Positions 1 through 10,363 of a stretch of DNA of 64,000 bases are shown piece by piece (the stretch's first letter is position 1; every line of letters begins with the position of its first letter). A program made the position numbers and the translations under genes. This DNA is from an uncultured Planctomycetota bacterium (GTDB lineage Bacteria; Planctomycetota; Phycisphaerae; Tepidisphaerales; Tepidisphaeraceae): contig CAWJEN010000005.1 in the NCBI GenBank assembly GCA_963841915.1, forward strand, positions 288,001 through 352,000, given 5' to 3'. The notes beneath the pieces were generated by a model. The model saw only the letters and a list, made by a program, of their open reading frames with translations. It searched no databases and was not told the DNA's origin.

Positions 1-257
1 AGTCTTGCCTCGCCGACGACAACGCCGTCCTGGATCAGCCAACGCGTTGACTGTCGCACGAAGTCCTTCGGCAAATCGCGGCCGTGCGACCAATCGTCGA
101 GGACCTTCAGAAAACCTCGTCGGTTGTTCCGGACTGCGTCAGGCTCGATAAGGCGGAAGCCGTCGCCTGTCTCGTCAAGGGCGAGCGAGCGGTCGACCAT
201 CGCCAGATAGCTGTCAAACAACGCCAGTGTCGGCGGCAGGAGCTGTGGCGTCGACAT
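1..257 (-). CDS. GNAT-family acetyltransferase, partial (runs off the window start)
   Basis: Hand translation from ATG at 257: MSTPQLLPPTLALFDSYL...DLPKDFVRQSTRWLIQDGVVVGEAR, resembling the COG3981-type LPxxxVxxxxxWL..VG pattern; not in the ORF track. Confidence 0.6.
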   Translation of the reverse strand, partial: MSTPQLLPPTLALFDSYLAMVDRSLALDETGDGFRLIEPDAVRNNRRGFLKVLDDWSHGRDLPKDFVRQSTRWLIQDGVVVGEAR

Positions 258-282
258 CGGCCGCTCAGGCTACGGTCGCCAC

Positions 283-963
283 GTGTTCCCTCGCCGTCGC
301 AAGGTGCCGCCGGAGCTGATGCGTTCCTGGCGAGACCGTCAAGAGGAACTGGCCAAGCAGCTCCTCATCGAGCCACTCCGCGACATTCCACGGCTCGTCG
401 CTGGTGTCGATTGCGCGTTCGACGGCGACGACGTGTTGTGCGTGGCCGTCGTCTGGGACCGCAACGCCGGGCAGGTGGTCGAGGCACAAGGCATTCGACA
501 CTCCGGCGGCGTGCCGTACGTGCCCGGCTTCTTGAGTTTCCGCGAAGGGCCTGCCGTTCATGCCGCGCTCGATGCACTGACGACGCCGACCGGCCTCGTG
601 CTGATCGACGGCCAAGGCATCGCACACCCGCGGCGGTGCGGACTGGCGACGCATGTCGGCGTCGAACGCGACATCCCGACCGTCGGCGTCGCCAAGAGCC
701 GGCTCATCGGCGACTACGAAGAGCCCGGGCCTGCCAGCGGTGACACGTCGGTTCTGAGCCACAACGGTGACTGCATCGGCCGGGTGCTGCGCACGAGGCT
801 CAACGTCAAGCCCCTGTTCGTCAGCGTCGGCCATCGTGTCGATCTCCATTCGGCCGTCGCGGCGGTCATGGCCTGCTGGACGAAGTACCGCCTGCCGGAG
901 CCGACGCGGCAGGCGGATCGGCTCGTCGCCCGGTTCAAACGTGGGGAGGCTCTGGCGCTATAG
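283..963 (+). CDS. nfi: Endonuclease V
   Basis: VAGVD, PYVPGFLSFREGP, DGQGIAHPRRCGLA, GVAKS, YRLPEP motifs. Confidence 0.95.
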   Translation: MFPRRRKVPPELMRSWRDRQEELAKQLLIEPLRDIPRLVAGVDCAFDGDDVLCVAVVWDRNAGQVVEAQGIRHSGGVPYVPGFLSFREGPAVHAALDALTTPTGLVLIDGQGIAHPRRCGLATHVGVERDIPTVGVAKSRLIGDYEEPGPASGDTSVLSHNGDCIGRVLRTRLNVKPLFVSVGHRVDLHSAVAAVMACWTKYRLPEPTRQADRLVARFKRGEALAL

Positions 964-1026
964 ATCGGGGCAACGGCCAGGAACTTATCCGTTCCTGCGT
1001 TACGAACCGCGCCGTACTCTCTGCCC

Positions 1027-1539
1027 ATGCCCGACGCCCCGACGCAGGAACAGAAAATCAGCAAGCTCGACGAACTCGTCAAGGACATCAAGATCGCGAT
1101 GTTCACCACGACGGACGACACCTCCCCGCACCTCTACAGCCGCCCCATGGCTGCTCAGGGCGGCCTCGACAATGGCTCGCTCTTCTTCTTCACCTACAGC
1201 GACTCGAACAAGGTCGACGAGTTCAAGGCCGACCGCCAGGTCAACGTCGCCTTTGCCGACAACGCGAGCAGCAAGTACGCCTCGATCGCCGGCGTCGCCA
1301 AGCTCGTCCACGATCGCGGCATCATGGAGGACAAGTGGGACGAATCCCTCCGTGCCTGGTTCGCAGACGGCCTTGACACCAAGGGCATTGTCCTTATCCG
1401 CGTCGACGCGACAGAAGCTCAGTACTGGGACAGCCGCAACCAGATCATGCTCCACGTCTACGGGGCCATCAAGGCCTACGTCACCGGCGAGCCGGTGAAG
1501 GATTCGGGCGAGAACGAGACCGTCGCCTTCCCGCGGTAG
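1027..1539 (+). CDS. Pyridoxamine 5'-phosphate oxidase-like / general stress protein 26 family
   Basis: IAMFTT...SRPM, FFFT..S.KV.E, AQYWD pattern. Confidence 0.8.
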   Translation: MPDAPTQEQKISKLDELVKDIKIAMFTTTDDTSPHLYSRPMAAQGGLDNGSLFFFTYSDSNKVDEFKADRQVNVAFADNASSKYASIAGVAKLVHDRGIMEDKWDESLRAWFADGLDTKGIVLIRVDATEAQYWDSRNQIMLHVYGAIKAYVTGEPVKDSGENETVAFPR

Positions 1540-1586
1540 GCCTTTGCACATGCGCTTCTGACCGACGGCTGCCCCTACCTTCTGGC

Positions 1587-2903
1587 TTGAACCCCCGCGA
1601 CTACGCCGTTCTGGCCCTCGACGACCGACGCCTGCCCGGCTACCCGCGGCAGGCCTTCAAGCGAAGCAGCCCTGTTCTGCCCGACGACCCGCGTGACCGC
1701 GCCCTGGCAGAGCGGCTCGTGGTCGGCGTGCTGAAAAACCTGCGCCTGCTCGAACGACTTATCGAGCTCCACAGCCAACGCCCGATCGACAATATCGATC
1801 CGCGGGCCCGGCTGATCCTGCTCGTGGCGATGGCGCAGCTGTGGCTGTTCGATCGCGTGCCCGACCATGCCGTCGTCACCGAGGCGGTCCAGCAGACGCG
1901 CAACCTGCGCGAACCGGGCCTGAGCCGAGCCAGCGGGTTCATCAACGCGGTGCTGCGCAAGGCCGTGAGTCGACCCGATGTCAGCGACAAGCTGCCGACG
2001 CGGGCGAACGTCATGGGCTACTGCGAAATCAACCTGAGCCACCCCAAGTCGCTCGTCCGCCGCATGATCAAGCAGCTCGGCGAGGCCGACACGCTCAAGC
2101 TCTGCGAGCATGACAATGAGGAAGCACCGCTCATCGTGCGGCTGATCGGCCAAGACAAGGCAGCTGTTGCGACGCAGATCGCCGACCGGCCCGCCATCGA
2201 GGTCACGCCGCACGAACAGGCCGATCTCGTCGTCGTCGACGGTGCTAAGCAGTCGGACGTCGCCCGCTGGTCAGAGGCCGGCCTGGCGCAACCGCAGGAC
2301 GCGACCAGCGCTGCCATTGTTGCAGAGCTTGACGTGCAGCCCGACCTGACGGTGCTGGACCGTTGCTGCGGCGTCGGGACGAAGACGCAGCAGCTTTGTG
2401 AGCTTGTTGGTGAGAAGGGCAAAGTCTTTGCCGTCGACGCGGCCGGTTCTCGCATCAGCACGCTGCGTCGGCTGGCCGGTCAGCGGCCGATCATGGCGAA
2501 TCTGACAGCCAAGCGGGCCGAGTGGCAACGCGAGCTTCCCGAGGACTGGCCCGCTGCGTACGACCGCATCCTCATCGACGCGCCGTGCTCCAACAGCGGC
2601 GTGATGGCCAGGCGGCCCGAGGCGCGATACCAGCAGGACGACGCGGCCGTCCTCGATCTGCCCAGCCTGCAACGTCGGTTGCTCGACGACGCCTGGACCG
2701 CGCTCGCACCGGGCGGGCTGCTGGCGTACGCGACGTGCAGCATCTGGCCCGACGAAAACGGCGACGTCGTGCGGCAGTTCCTCGCCAACGAACGGTCGGC
2801 AGAGCTGGTCAAGGAGACGGCGTGGCTGCCGAGCTTCGACAGTGCCGAAGACGCGACGTACCGCGACGGCGGATACGTCGCCACGCTCCGCAAGAGGTCG
2901 TAA
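1587..2903 (+). CDS. rsmB: 16S rRNA m5C methyltransferase RsmB/Sun (NusB-like N-terminal domain)
   Basis: GFINAVLRK, QD, DRCCGVGTKT, DAPCSNSG and YATCS catalytic Cys motifs. Confidence 0.85.
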   Translation: MNPRDYAVLALDDRRLPGYPRQAFKRSSPVLPDDPRDRALAERLVVGVLKNLRLLERLIELHSQRPIDNIDPRARLILLVAMAQLWLFDRVPDHAVVTEAVQQTRNLREPGLSRASGFINAVLRKAVSRPDVSDKLPTRANVMGYCEINLSHPKSLVRRMIKQLGEADTLKLCEHDNEEAPLIVRLIGQDKAAVATQIADRPAIEVTPHEQADLVVVDGAKQSDVARWSEAGLAQPQDATSAAIVAELDVQPDLTVLDRCCGVGTKTQQLCELVGEKGKVFAVDAAGSRISTLRRLAGQRPIMANLTAKRAEWQRELPEDWPAAYDRILIDAPCSNSGVMARRPEARYQQDDAAVLDLPSLQRRLLDDAWTALAPGGLLAYATCSIWPDENGDVVRQFLANERSAELVKETAWLPSFDSAEDATYRDGGYVATLRKRS

Positions 2904-2915
2904 CGCCGGGTCTTC

Positions 2916-4379
2916 TCAACTGCCCGACGTTGTCGCCGGATCTCCCGGTGGCCGCCAGCCGCCGCCGAGGGCGCGGAACAGCTCGACGAGGTTTGTCGCG
3001 ATCGTCGACTCCGCGATCGCCAACGCGTCCTGCGTCACGAAGAGCGTCTGCTGCGCCTGCAACACACGGTCGAACTCGATAAGCCCTTCACGGTACTGCG
3101 CGTCGGCCAGCTCGAAGGCCCGCGTCGCCGCCGCCTGCGACTGCAGCAGCACGTCACGCCGGTCTCGATTCAGCGACAGAGACGTGACCGCATCGCTGGC
3201 CTCCCGAACGGCTACCAGCACAGTCCGCCGATAGTTTGCCAGCTCCTGCTCACGCCTCGCATCGGCGGCGGTGACCAGCGCACGCAGCGTGCCGCCCTGG
3301 AAGATCGGCCACATGACACTCGGCCCGACATCGAACGTGCGGCTGTCCCAATCGAAAAGGTCATCGAGATCACCGGCGGCCAAACCGAACGTGCCGGCGA
3401 GGCTGAGGCGTGGGTACAGGTCGGCCTCGGCAGCACCGACCTCGGCCACGGCGGCGGCAAGCTCACGCTCGGCTCGGCGAATGTCCGGACGACGACGCAG
3501 CAGATCGGCAGGCACGCCCACCGCAATGCTCAAGTCGGCCACCGGCAACGGCTGGGGCGGCGTGACGTCGTCGTCGGCGAATCCCGGCGCTTCACCGACC
3601 AGCACCGCCAGCCGATTCCTCGCAAGAGCAAGTTGCCGCTGAAGGTCGGGCAGACTCGCCCGCGTCTGTTGAAGGTCGGCGATGGCCTGGGCGACGTCGA
3701 GTTCGGTCGTCAGGCCGCCGTCAAACCGAGCCTGTGCCAGTTCGAGTGACCGTTGCTGAATACCGACGTTCTCGCGGGCGATGCCGAGACGGTTCTGCAA
3801 CTCACGAACGCTGATGTACGTTGTCGCCACATCGGCGGCGAGCGTTACGCGGATGTCGGCGAGGTCGAATTGCTCAGCCTCGAATTGCCGCCCCGCCGCT
3901 TGGACGCGACGCGTCAGGCGGCCGAAGACGTCAAGCTCCCACGCCGCCCCGAGGCCTGCCTGCCACAAATCCGTCTCGAAGGAGAAGCCGCCACCACCGC
4001 CGGCCCCGTCGGCACCTTCACCACCGGCCAGGCCGGCAAAGCCGTCAAGATTTTCACTCTGCCGACTGCGCGAGTAGCCGGCCGTCGCGTCGACCTGCGG
4101 CAACCGCTCGCCCCGGGCCGCCGCCAGCAAAGCCCGCGACTCGAGCACGCGAGCCAGCGCCTCCTCGACGTCCGGGCTGCGGAGCAACGCCTCTTCGACA
4201 AGGGCGGTCAGCTTCGGATCATTCAGGCGCGTCCACCACTGCGTCAGGTCGACAGGAGCGTCGGCCTCGATATCGGCGTAGGTGGTGGGCAGGCCGACGA
4301 CCTCTGGCACGACGTACTCGGGCCCAACCGCACAGCCCCCAACCGCAAGGCCGAGGGGAATCAAGAGAAAACGCTTCAA
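2916..4379 (-). CDS. RND outer-membrane factor lipoprotein (NodT/OprM type)
   Basis: Lipobox GGCAVGP, WELDVFG, LLRRRPDIRRAE, ALGGGW. Confidence 0.92.
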   Translation of the reverse strand: MKRFLLIPLGLAVGGCAVGPEYVVPEVVGLPTTYADIEADAPVDLTQWWTRLNDPKLTALVEEALLRSPDVEEALARVLESRALLAAARGERLPQVDATAGYSRSRQSENLDGFAGLAGGEGADGAGGGGGFSFETDLWQAGLGAAWELDVFGRLTRRVQAAGRQFEAEQFDLADIRVTLAADVATTYISVRELQNRLGIARENVGIQQRSLELAQARFDGGLTTELDVAQAIADLQQTRASLPDLQRQLALARNRLAVLVGEAPGFADDDVTPPQPLPVADLSIAVGVPADLLRRRPDIRRAERELAAAVAEVGAAEADLYPRLSLAGTFGLAAGDLDDLFDWDSRTFDVGPSVMWPIFQGGTLRALVTAADARREQELANYRRTVLVAVREASDAVTSLSLNRDRRDVLLQSQAAATRAFELADAQYREGLIEFDRVLQAQQTLFVTQDALAIAESTIATNLVELFRALGGGWRPPGDPATTSGS

Positions 4380-7300
4380 GCCGTCACCGCCTCTGCGTAG
4401 TGAACTTGCTGTGCTTCGGCCGTGAGGTCGACCTCGTCATCCGGATCAGGCCGAAGGCGGAAGCCGAATTTCTCTTTGGCGTCCATGACGAGACTGAGCA
4501 TTGCGGGCGTGACGAAGAGCGTGAAGACGGTCGAGACGAAAAGCCCACCGACGACGACGGCACCTAGGCCGCGGTACAGCTCGGTGCCGCTGCCGGGGAT
4601 GAGCACGAGCGGCAGCATGCCACCGACGCTGGTGAGCATCGACATGAAGATGGGCCGCACGCGGCTGCGGACTGCTTCGGTAATTGCACGACGCGGGCTG
4701 ACACCTGCGTCGTCCGTCTCGCCGTGGCAGTCGACGCAGGATTCGTCGAGTTCTTCAGGCGTCATGCGCAGGAAGCCGACCGCCTGCTCGACGATGAGGA
4801 TGGCATTGTTGACCACTGTGCCGGCGAGAATGATGAATCCGAGCATCGCCAGCACGTCGAGGTTCGTCGTCGGCAGGTAGCGGCTATTGCCCGTCCAGAG
4901 GTTGACCAGAAACAAGCCCAGGAAGCCGCCGAACGTGGCGAGCGGCACGGTGAGCATGATGACCAGCGGGTAGCTCCACGACTGGAACAACACGCACATC
5001 AGCAGGTAGACGACGAGCAGTGCGACGACGACGCTCGAGCCGAGCGTGCCGAAGAACGTGCCGTCACCGAGCAGCGTTTGCTGGATGTCAGTCAGGGCGT
5101 CCGCCGTTCCGCTGACGCCGACACTGACACTTTGCGGAATACGACCCTGGCTGCGAAGGTCGTCGACGATGCTGTTGATTTGCTCGACCGCCGCCGCCAA
5201 CGGCACGCCAGAACCGGCGGTGACTTCGAGCGTCACCGCCCGCTCTCCGGCTACGCGGCGGATCGTCGTCGGCGACACCTGTTCCTCAAAGGTCGCCACG
5301 TCACGCAGCGCGACCGTCGCGCCACTTGGCGTGGCAACGGGTGCTTCGGCTAACTGCGACAGCGAGTTGCCGTTGTCACTGCCGTCGGCGACGGATTGCG
5401 TCAGGATCGTGACGTCGCGTAGCTCGTCGGGAAACTGGTAGGCATCCCGAAGGATGATGCCGTCACCGAACGCCTGTGCGCTGAGGCCGACGTCGGCTTC
5501 GGTTAGTCCGACGTCGCTGGCACGAAGCGCGTCGGGCTTGATCGACAGCTCAGGGCCGTTGACGTTGAAGTTGGACGGCTTGGGAACGGTTGACTCGAAG
5601 TTGCCCAGGAGCGCCGGGAACATTGCGTCGGCGGCGGCTTGGACCTCCTCAAGGTTCTGCCCGGTGATGTCGATCCCGATCGCTGCGCCGCTGCCACCGC
5701 CTAGACTGAAGATCGGCAATTGGAAGGCGAACGAGAATGCGCCGGGCAGATCCTTCGTCGCTGTTGCGAACAACGGCTCCATGTCGACGACACGGTTTTG
5801 GTCGAGGCTGATGGCGCCGTGGAAAATCGTGTCCTGACCGGCGAGTCCGACGATGAAGTAGTTCTCCAGGGGCGGCGGCGTTACGGTGAGCATCGGCCCG
5901 CCCGGCTCCGACGGCACGGTGACCGAAGGCAACGAGGCACTGGCTTCGTCAAGCTCGCGTTCGCCCTTCATTACGTCGTAGCCGCTCGTGAAGTACGGCT
6001 CGAAGTTGTCGACCACTTCGTCGGCCATCGTGCCGAGCTTGTCGATGTTGTACCCGGGCGGCGGAATGATCAGCCCGAAGACGATGTTGCGGTTGCCCTT
6101 GGGCAGATAGTCGAACGGCGGCAAGAGCGCAAGCACACCGACGACCACCAGCACGAGCGAGACGGCGACGAGCCCGATGCGGGCGAAGATGGAGCCGTTG
6201 ATGGTGTGCGTCGTGTCGGCCACGAAGCTGGGGATGCGGCCGAAGACGTTGACCTTCTCGAACGCCGCCGCCGCTTTGGCGGTGAAGGCGTTGCGGCCTT
6301 GCGGCGTGCCGTTGTCGCTCTTGGGCTTGAGCAGGATTGCCGCCGCCGACGGAATGACGATCACACTGACGACGTAGCTGATGAGCACCGACGCACAGAT
6401 CGCGATGCCGAGGTCACGGAACAGCTGGCCGACCTGCTGCTCGATGAGCAGGATCGGCACGAAGACGACGACCGTCGTCAGCGTGCTGGCCAGCACCGCA
6501 AGGGCCACTTCCTTCGTGCCGTCGTATGCCGCCTTGGCGGGCTTCTTGCCCATCTCGAGGTGGCGATAGATGTTCTCCAGCACGACGATCGAGTTGTCGA
6601 CGACGAGCCCGATCGCAAATGCCGCCCCGGCCAGGCTGACGACGTTGACCGTCCGCCCGAGCGCGATCATGGCCAAACTCGCGCCGAGCACGCTTGTCGG
6701 GATGGCCAACGCGATGATGCCGACGCTGCGGATGCTCCGCAAGAACAAAAGCAGCACGAACACGGCCAAACCAGCACCGATGAACAGGTTGTCCCGCACC
6801 GTGCCGATCGCCTGCTCGACGTAGATCGTCTGGTCGTACACCTGGCGAAGCCGCACGGTGCCTTCGAGCCCTTGCCGCTCGGCGTAGCTGTCGAGCATCC
6901 CGCCCTCGGCGTTCATCTCGGCCATCGTCTGCTTCATTCGGCCCATGACGCTCAGCACGTTGCTGCCGAGCTCACGCTGGAAGTTCATCGCCAACACCGG
7001 CACCCCGCGACTGCGGATGAAGCTGCTCGCCTCGCGATAGTTCTCGACCACCTCTGCCACATCCGACAGGTAAACCGGGCCCGACGCATCCTGCCTCAGG
7101 ATCGTCCCGTTGGCCTCTTCGATCGAGTCCCACTGCGAAGGCACACGCAGCGCCACGTCGTAGCTGCCCCGCTGCAAAGCACCGGCGGAAAAGTCTCTAT
7201 TCGACGACTCGATGGCCCCGACGAGCTGCGACATTGTCATGCCGCGTCGGGCGAGCTTCTCGGGGTCGACGCGCACCTGCAGCTCGCGCTCCCGGCCACC

Positions 7301-7855
7301 GAGCACATTGACCTGGCTGACGCCTTCGAGTCGCTCGAGTCGCGGCGCGATGTTGTTCTCGACGAAGTCGAAGATCTGCTGAACGTCGCTGTTAGGAATG
7401 GGCGTGCCGTCGGCTTCTTCGCGCTCGACGACGACCCAGGCGATGTAGTCGTTGCTCTCCGGATCCTCGGCCTCGACGACCGGCTGGAGCACGTTGGGCG
7501 GATAACCCGGCACGCGGCTGATGAGCTGGTCAACCTCATACGTCGCCGCCTCGACGTCGACACCAATGCCGAGCTCGATGCGAATCTGCCCCTGACCGCG
7601 ATTGGCGGTAGAGGTCAATCGTTCGAGGCCCGAGAGCTCACGCAGAACGTCTTCCTGCTCGACGAGGATGTCGTTTTCCACCTGTGCCGGATCGGCGTTG
7701 GGGTAGATCGTCGTGACGCTGATGACGCCCTTCTGGATCTCCGGGGCCATCTCGACCGGCACGCCGGTGAAAGCGAGATAGCCAGCCAGGATCGTCAACA
7801 CGATGCCGACGGCGACCGTGATCGGTTGACGGATGGCAAGACTGATCGGATTCAT
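4376..7855 (-). CDS. RND efflux permease (AcrB/AcrD/AcrF family)
   Basis: 1159 aa; GLVVDNSIVVLENI, ASTLTT, RVRPIFMS; 4-bp overlaps with both neighbours. Confidence 0.93.
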   Translation of the reverse strand: MNPISLAIRQPITVAVGIVLTILAGYLAFTGVPVEMAPEIQKGVISVTTIYPNADPAQVENDILVEQEDVLRELSGLERLTSTANRGQGQIRIELGIGVDVEAATYEVDQLISRVPGYPPNVLQPVVEAEDPESNDYIAWVVVEREEADGTPIPNSDVQQIFDFVENNIAPRLERLEGVSQVNVLGGRERELQVRVDPEKLARRGMTMSQLVGAIESSNRDFSAGALQRGSYDVALRVPSQWDSIEEANGTILRQDASGPVYLSDVAEVVENYREASSFIRSRGVPVLAMNFQRELGSNVLSVMGRMKQTMAEMNAEGGMLDSYAERQGLEGTVRLRQVYDQTIYVEQAIGTVRDNLFIGAGLAVFVLLLFLRSIRSVGIIALAIPTSVLGASLAMIALGRTVNVVSLAGAAFAIGLVVDNSIVVLENIYRHLEMGKKPAKAAYDGTKEVALAVLASTLTTVVVFVPILLIEQQVGQLFRDLGIAICASVLISYVVSVIVIPSAAAILLKPKSDNGTPQGRNAFTAKAAAAFEKVNVFGRIPSFVADTTHTINGSIFARIGLVAVSLVLVVVGVLALLPPFDYLPKGNRNIVFGLIIPPPGYNIDKLGTMADEVVDNFEPYFTSGYDVMKGERELDEASASLPSVTVPSEPGGPMLTVTPPPLENYFIVGLAGQDTIFHGAISLDQNRVVDMEPLFATATKDLPGAFSFAFQLPIFSLGGGSGAAIGIDITGQNLEEVQAAADAMFPALLGNFESTVPKPSNFNVNGPELSIKPDALRASDVGLTEADVGLSAQAFGDGIILRDAYQFPDELRDVTILTQSVADGSDNGNSLSQLAEAPVATPSGATVALRDVATFEEQVSPTTIRRVAGERAVTLEVTAGSGVPLAAAVEQINSIVDDLRSQGRIPQSVSVGVSGTADALTDIQQTLLGDGTFFGTLGSSVVVALLVVYLLMCVLFQSWSYPLVIMLTVPLATFGGFLGLFLVNLWTGNSRYLPTTNLDVLAMLGFIILAGTVVNNAILIVEQAVGFLRMTPEELDESCVDCHGETDDAGVSPRRAITEAVRSRVRPIFMSMLTSVGGMLPLVLIPGSGTELYRGLGAVVVGGLFVSTVFTLFVTPAMLSLVMDAKEKFGFRLRPDPDDEVDLTAEAQQVHYAEAVTA

Positions 7856-9120
7856 TGAACACCGCCTTCAGGCTGCGTCGCAGGGGCGGCCGGCTGCATC
7901 TCCGAGGCGTCGCTTTCGCCGGTGGCAGGTGCTTCCTTGAGCGATTGCCCGGCGAATAACACGCGCTCGCCGCCTTGCACTACGAGCTGCGTGCCCGGCT
8001 GCAACGGTCCGGCCGGAGGTGTGGCAAGGACTGCCATCCCGTCTTGGACGTAGAGCACTTCGATAAACGACGGCACCGCCGCCGGCGGACCTTCGCCGTC
8101 ACCAAGGGCGAGGTAAATGAACGTGCCGTTGGTTCCGCGACGGATCGCGTCGTTCGGCACCACCAGCCGAGGCGCTTCAGCGCCCGCCGGCAGTCGGGCG
8201 GTCACGCTCGAGCCGGGCGTCAGATTCGTGCCCTCAGGTGGTGTCACATCTGCAATGACGAGATAGCGACGCGATCGCGGATCGACGTCTTCGACCACGC
8301 GAATCGAATCCGGAACGAGCACCTGACCGGTCGCGTCAACCGAAATCAGAAATGCCTCCGGCGACGCGTCACGGACGGCCGACGCTGAGAGCGATTCGGG
8401 CGCGTCGAGCACGGCCTCGTACGTGCCGGTACTGGCAAGAACGGCCACGGCGTCTCCCGACTGCAGGTACTCGCCAACCTCGACCATGCGCATCAGGATG
8501 CGGCCGTCGAAGGGCGCACGAATGGTCAGGTCATCCTCGCGAACGTCGAGACGGCCGAGCCGCGTCTGCACGGCGGCGACTTGCTTCTGAACAGCTTCGA
8601 CCTTGGCCTCTGCAACACTGACGGCCGTTCGGCCCTGGCGAAGATCGATCTCACTCACCGCACCGGCGGCACGACCGGCGGCGGCCTCGCGACTCTGCAG
8701 GTCCGACCGCACCCGCTCCAGCTCCGCCTGCTCCTCGGCCACCCTTGCCTCGGCCGTCGCCAAGTCGGCCTCGGCCTCTGCACGATCTTCAGACAAGCGA
8801 CGACCATCCAGCACGAGCAGCACGTCACCGGCAGTCACTTCCTGCGCTTCATCAAACGCGATGGACTGCACGCGACCGGGCTCAATGGTCGCCACCTGGC
8901 TCCGCTGCTTGGCCCGCAGGTTGCCGGTCACGCGACGCGTCTCGAGCACCGTCTGCATCTCGATTGCACCGGTCCGCACGAGCGCCATCGGCGGGCCACC
9001 ACCACCCGGAGGACCGCCGCCTTCACCTTCTGCAGAATCGGCCTCGTCGCCACATCCCGCCGCCAAAAGCGAGAGAGTGAGCATCAACACAGCCGACTGA
9101 CGAGGGCCTGGGAGCAACAT
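7852..9120 (-). CDS. RND periplasmic adaptor (membrane fusion protein)
   Basis: Lipobox LAAGC, GRV..I.FDE, IRAPFDG, coiled hairpin; start uncertain. Confidence 0.9.
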   Translation of the reverse strand: MLLPGPRQSAVLMLTLSLLAAGCGDEADSAEGEGGGPPGGGGPPMALVRTGAIEMQTVLETRRVTGNLRAKQRSQVATIEPGRVQSIAFDEAQEVTAGDVLLVLDGRRLSEDRAEAEADLATAEARVAEEQAELERVRSDLQSREAAAGRAAGAVSEIDLRQGRTAVSVAEAKVEAVQKQVAAVQTRLGRLDVREDDLTIRAPFDGRILMRMVEVGEYLQSGDAVAVLASTGTYEAVLDAPESLSASAVRDASPEAFLISVDATGQVLVPDSIRVVEDVDPRSRRYLVIADVTPPEGTNLTPGSSVTARLPAGAEAPRLVVPNDAIRRGTNGTFIYLALGDGEGPPAAVPSFIEVLYVQDGMAVLATPPAGPLQPGTQLVVQGGERVLFAGQSLKEAPATGESDASEMQPAAPATQPEGGVQ

Positions 9121-9233
9121 CACGTTGTCACCGTAGCGACTGTCGAACCCGGCAGACAACCCAAACTGTTAGATGATCGTGAAAGGTTAAAACAGTCGTT
9201 TGATTTCAGGAGAAGCCGGTCAAATTTTTCTCA

Positions 9234-10340
9234 TCACCGCACAACGCTCTTGCCTCGAAACAACGCATCGGCCAGCCGATCGGTCATGATCGGATTCCTG
9301 AACATGAGGGGCAGCAGGAACTTCATGTTCTGCTGCGGGCCCTGCAGGTACTCGCCCAGCGAGCCGCCCCACGCGCTGCGATAGTCGCCCAACGCATCCT
9401 GGACGTGCACAGCCTTGGCTGCCTTAGCGGCGGTCGCGGCGGCGTAGGTGCCGCTCCAGCACCCCGGGTAGACGTCCTCACCGACGGCCGTCACGAAACC
9501 ACCGGCCGGACCGCACAGCAGCGCGTGCCTCGCCACAACGTCAAATTCCAATGCACCGGCTGGGGTTACAGGTGCCGTCCGAATGCTGCGCCCGTCGACC
9601 GTGTCACTGCTCAACACGCCCCCGGCGGCGAGGCGACCGGCGAAGCTCCGCAGCACGTCTCGCGCCTCATCGGCTGCGGCAACCACTGTTATCTGTGCCG
9701 TCGTGCCTGTCGCGACGAGCATGCCCCAGGCCCCGGTCTCGTTAAGATCGAGGGCAGCGTGCGCGAGGCCCGCGTCGAGCGTCGCGTTGACATCGAGCAT
9801 TGCCATCACCCGCTGCTCGGTCGGCCGTGCGGTGCCGAGCAAAGCAGCCGATTCAGGCTCAAGCGTGTCCGACAGCACGCAGACGCGTGGCCTGATGGTC
9901 GTGCGACCGACAGTCAGTAAGATGCCGCTCTCGTCGACCTCGTTCACCGTCACACGTCCGGGCAGACGCCGAATGCCCGCGGCTTCGACCCGCTCACGAA
10001 GCAGCAATATCAGGTCGGCCAGCTTCAGGACCGCCGGTGCCTCACCGTCGGCAAAGGCGTCTGTCGTCTCTGCCACCTTGCCGTCGGCGGCGTGGAAGCG
10101 GACGCTCGTGATTCGGCCGACGCTGTCGCCTTGCAACACATCTGCAAGCGCGGGCAGCAGCTGAATCATGCTCGGATTAATCGTGACGAGCCGGCCTGCG
10201 TCGCTGAATGTGCTCGGGTCGGCGATAGCGGCGTCTGCCTTGAGGGCGTTGAGCTTCAGCGCTGCGACGAGGGCCGCCGGATGATTGCCGATGACCAACG
10301 TCGTCGGGCCTTCGGCCTTGCCTGCAGCTTTTTTCGCCAT
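9234..10340 (-). CDS. Degenerate FAD-dependent oxidoreductase, geranylgeranyl-reductase-like
   Basis: N-terminal VIGNHPAAL (degenerate GxGxxG); C-terminal LLCGPAGGFV..GEDVY...SGTYAA resembles the LVGDAAGF..GEGI..SG motif. Confidence 0.5.
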   Translation of the reverse strand: MAKKAAGKAEGPTTLVIGNHPAALVAALKLNALKADAAIADPSTFSDAGRLVTINPSMIQLLPALADVLQGDSVGRITSVRFHAADGKVAETTDAFADGEAPAVLKLADLILLLRERVEAAGIRRLPGRVTVNEVDESGILLTVGRTTIRPRVCVLSDTLEPESAALLGTARPTEQRVMAMLDVNATLDAGLAHAALDLNETGAWGMLVATGTTAQITVVAAADEARDVLRSFAGRLAAGGVLSSDTVDGRSIRTAPVTPAGALEFDVVARHALLCGPAGGFVTAVGEDVYPGCWSGTYAAATAAKAAKAVHVQDALGDYRSAWGGSLGEYLQGPQQNMKFLLPLMFRNPIMTDRLADALFRGKSVVR

Positions 10341-10363
10341 AGCGCAGCGTAGCGGCCGACCGC

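Noticed and set aside
5720..7858. Long antisense ORFs (for example 712 aa here, 643 aa at 31109-33040, 530 aa at 27346-28938, 507 aa at 62241-63764)
   Set aside because: Shadow frames opposite well-supported genes, expected at high GC; no motifs.
9188..9203. TAAAACAGTCGTTTGA, possible TetR-type operator upstream of the RND operon
   Set aside because: Only partial symmetry and no regulator gene nearby; too weak to call.
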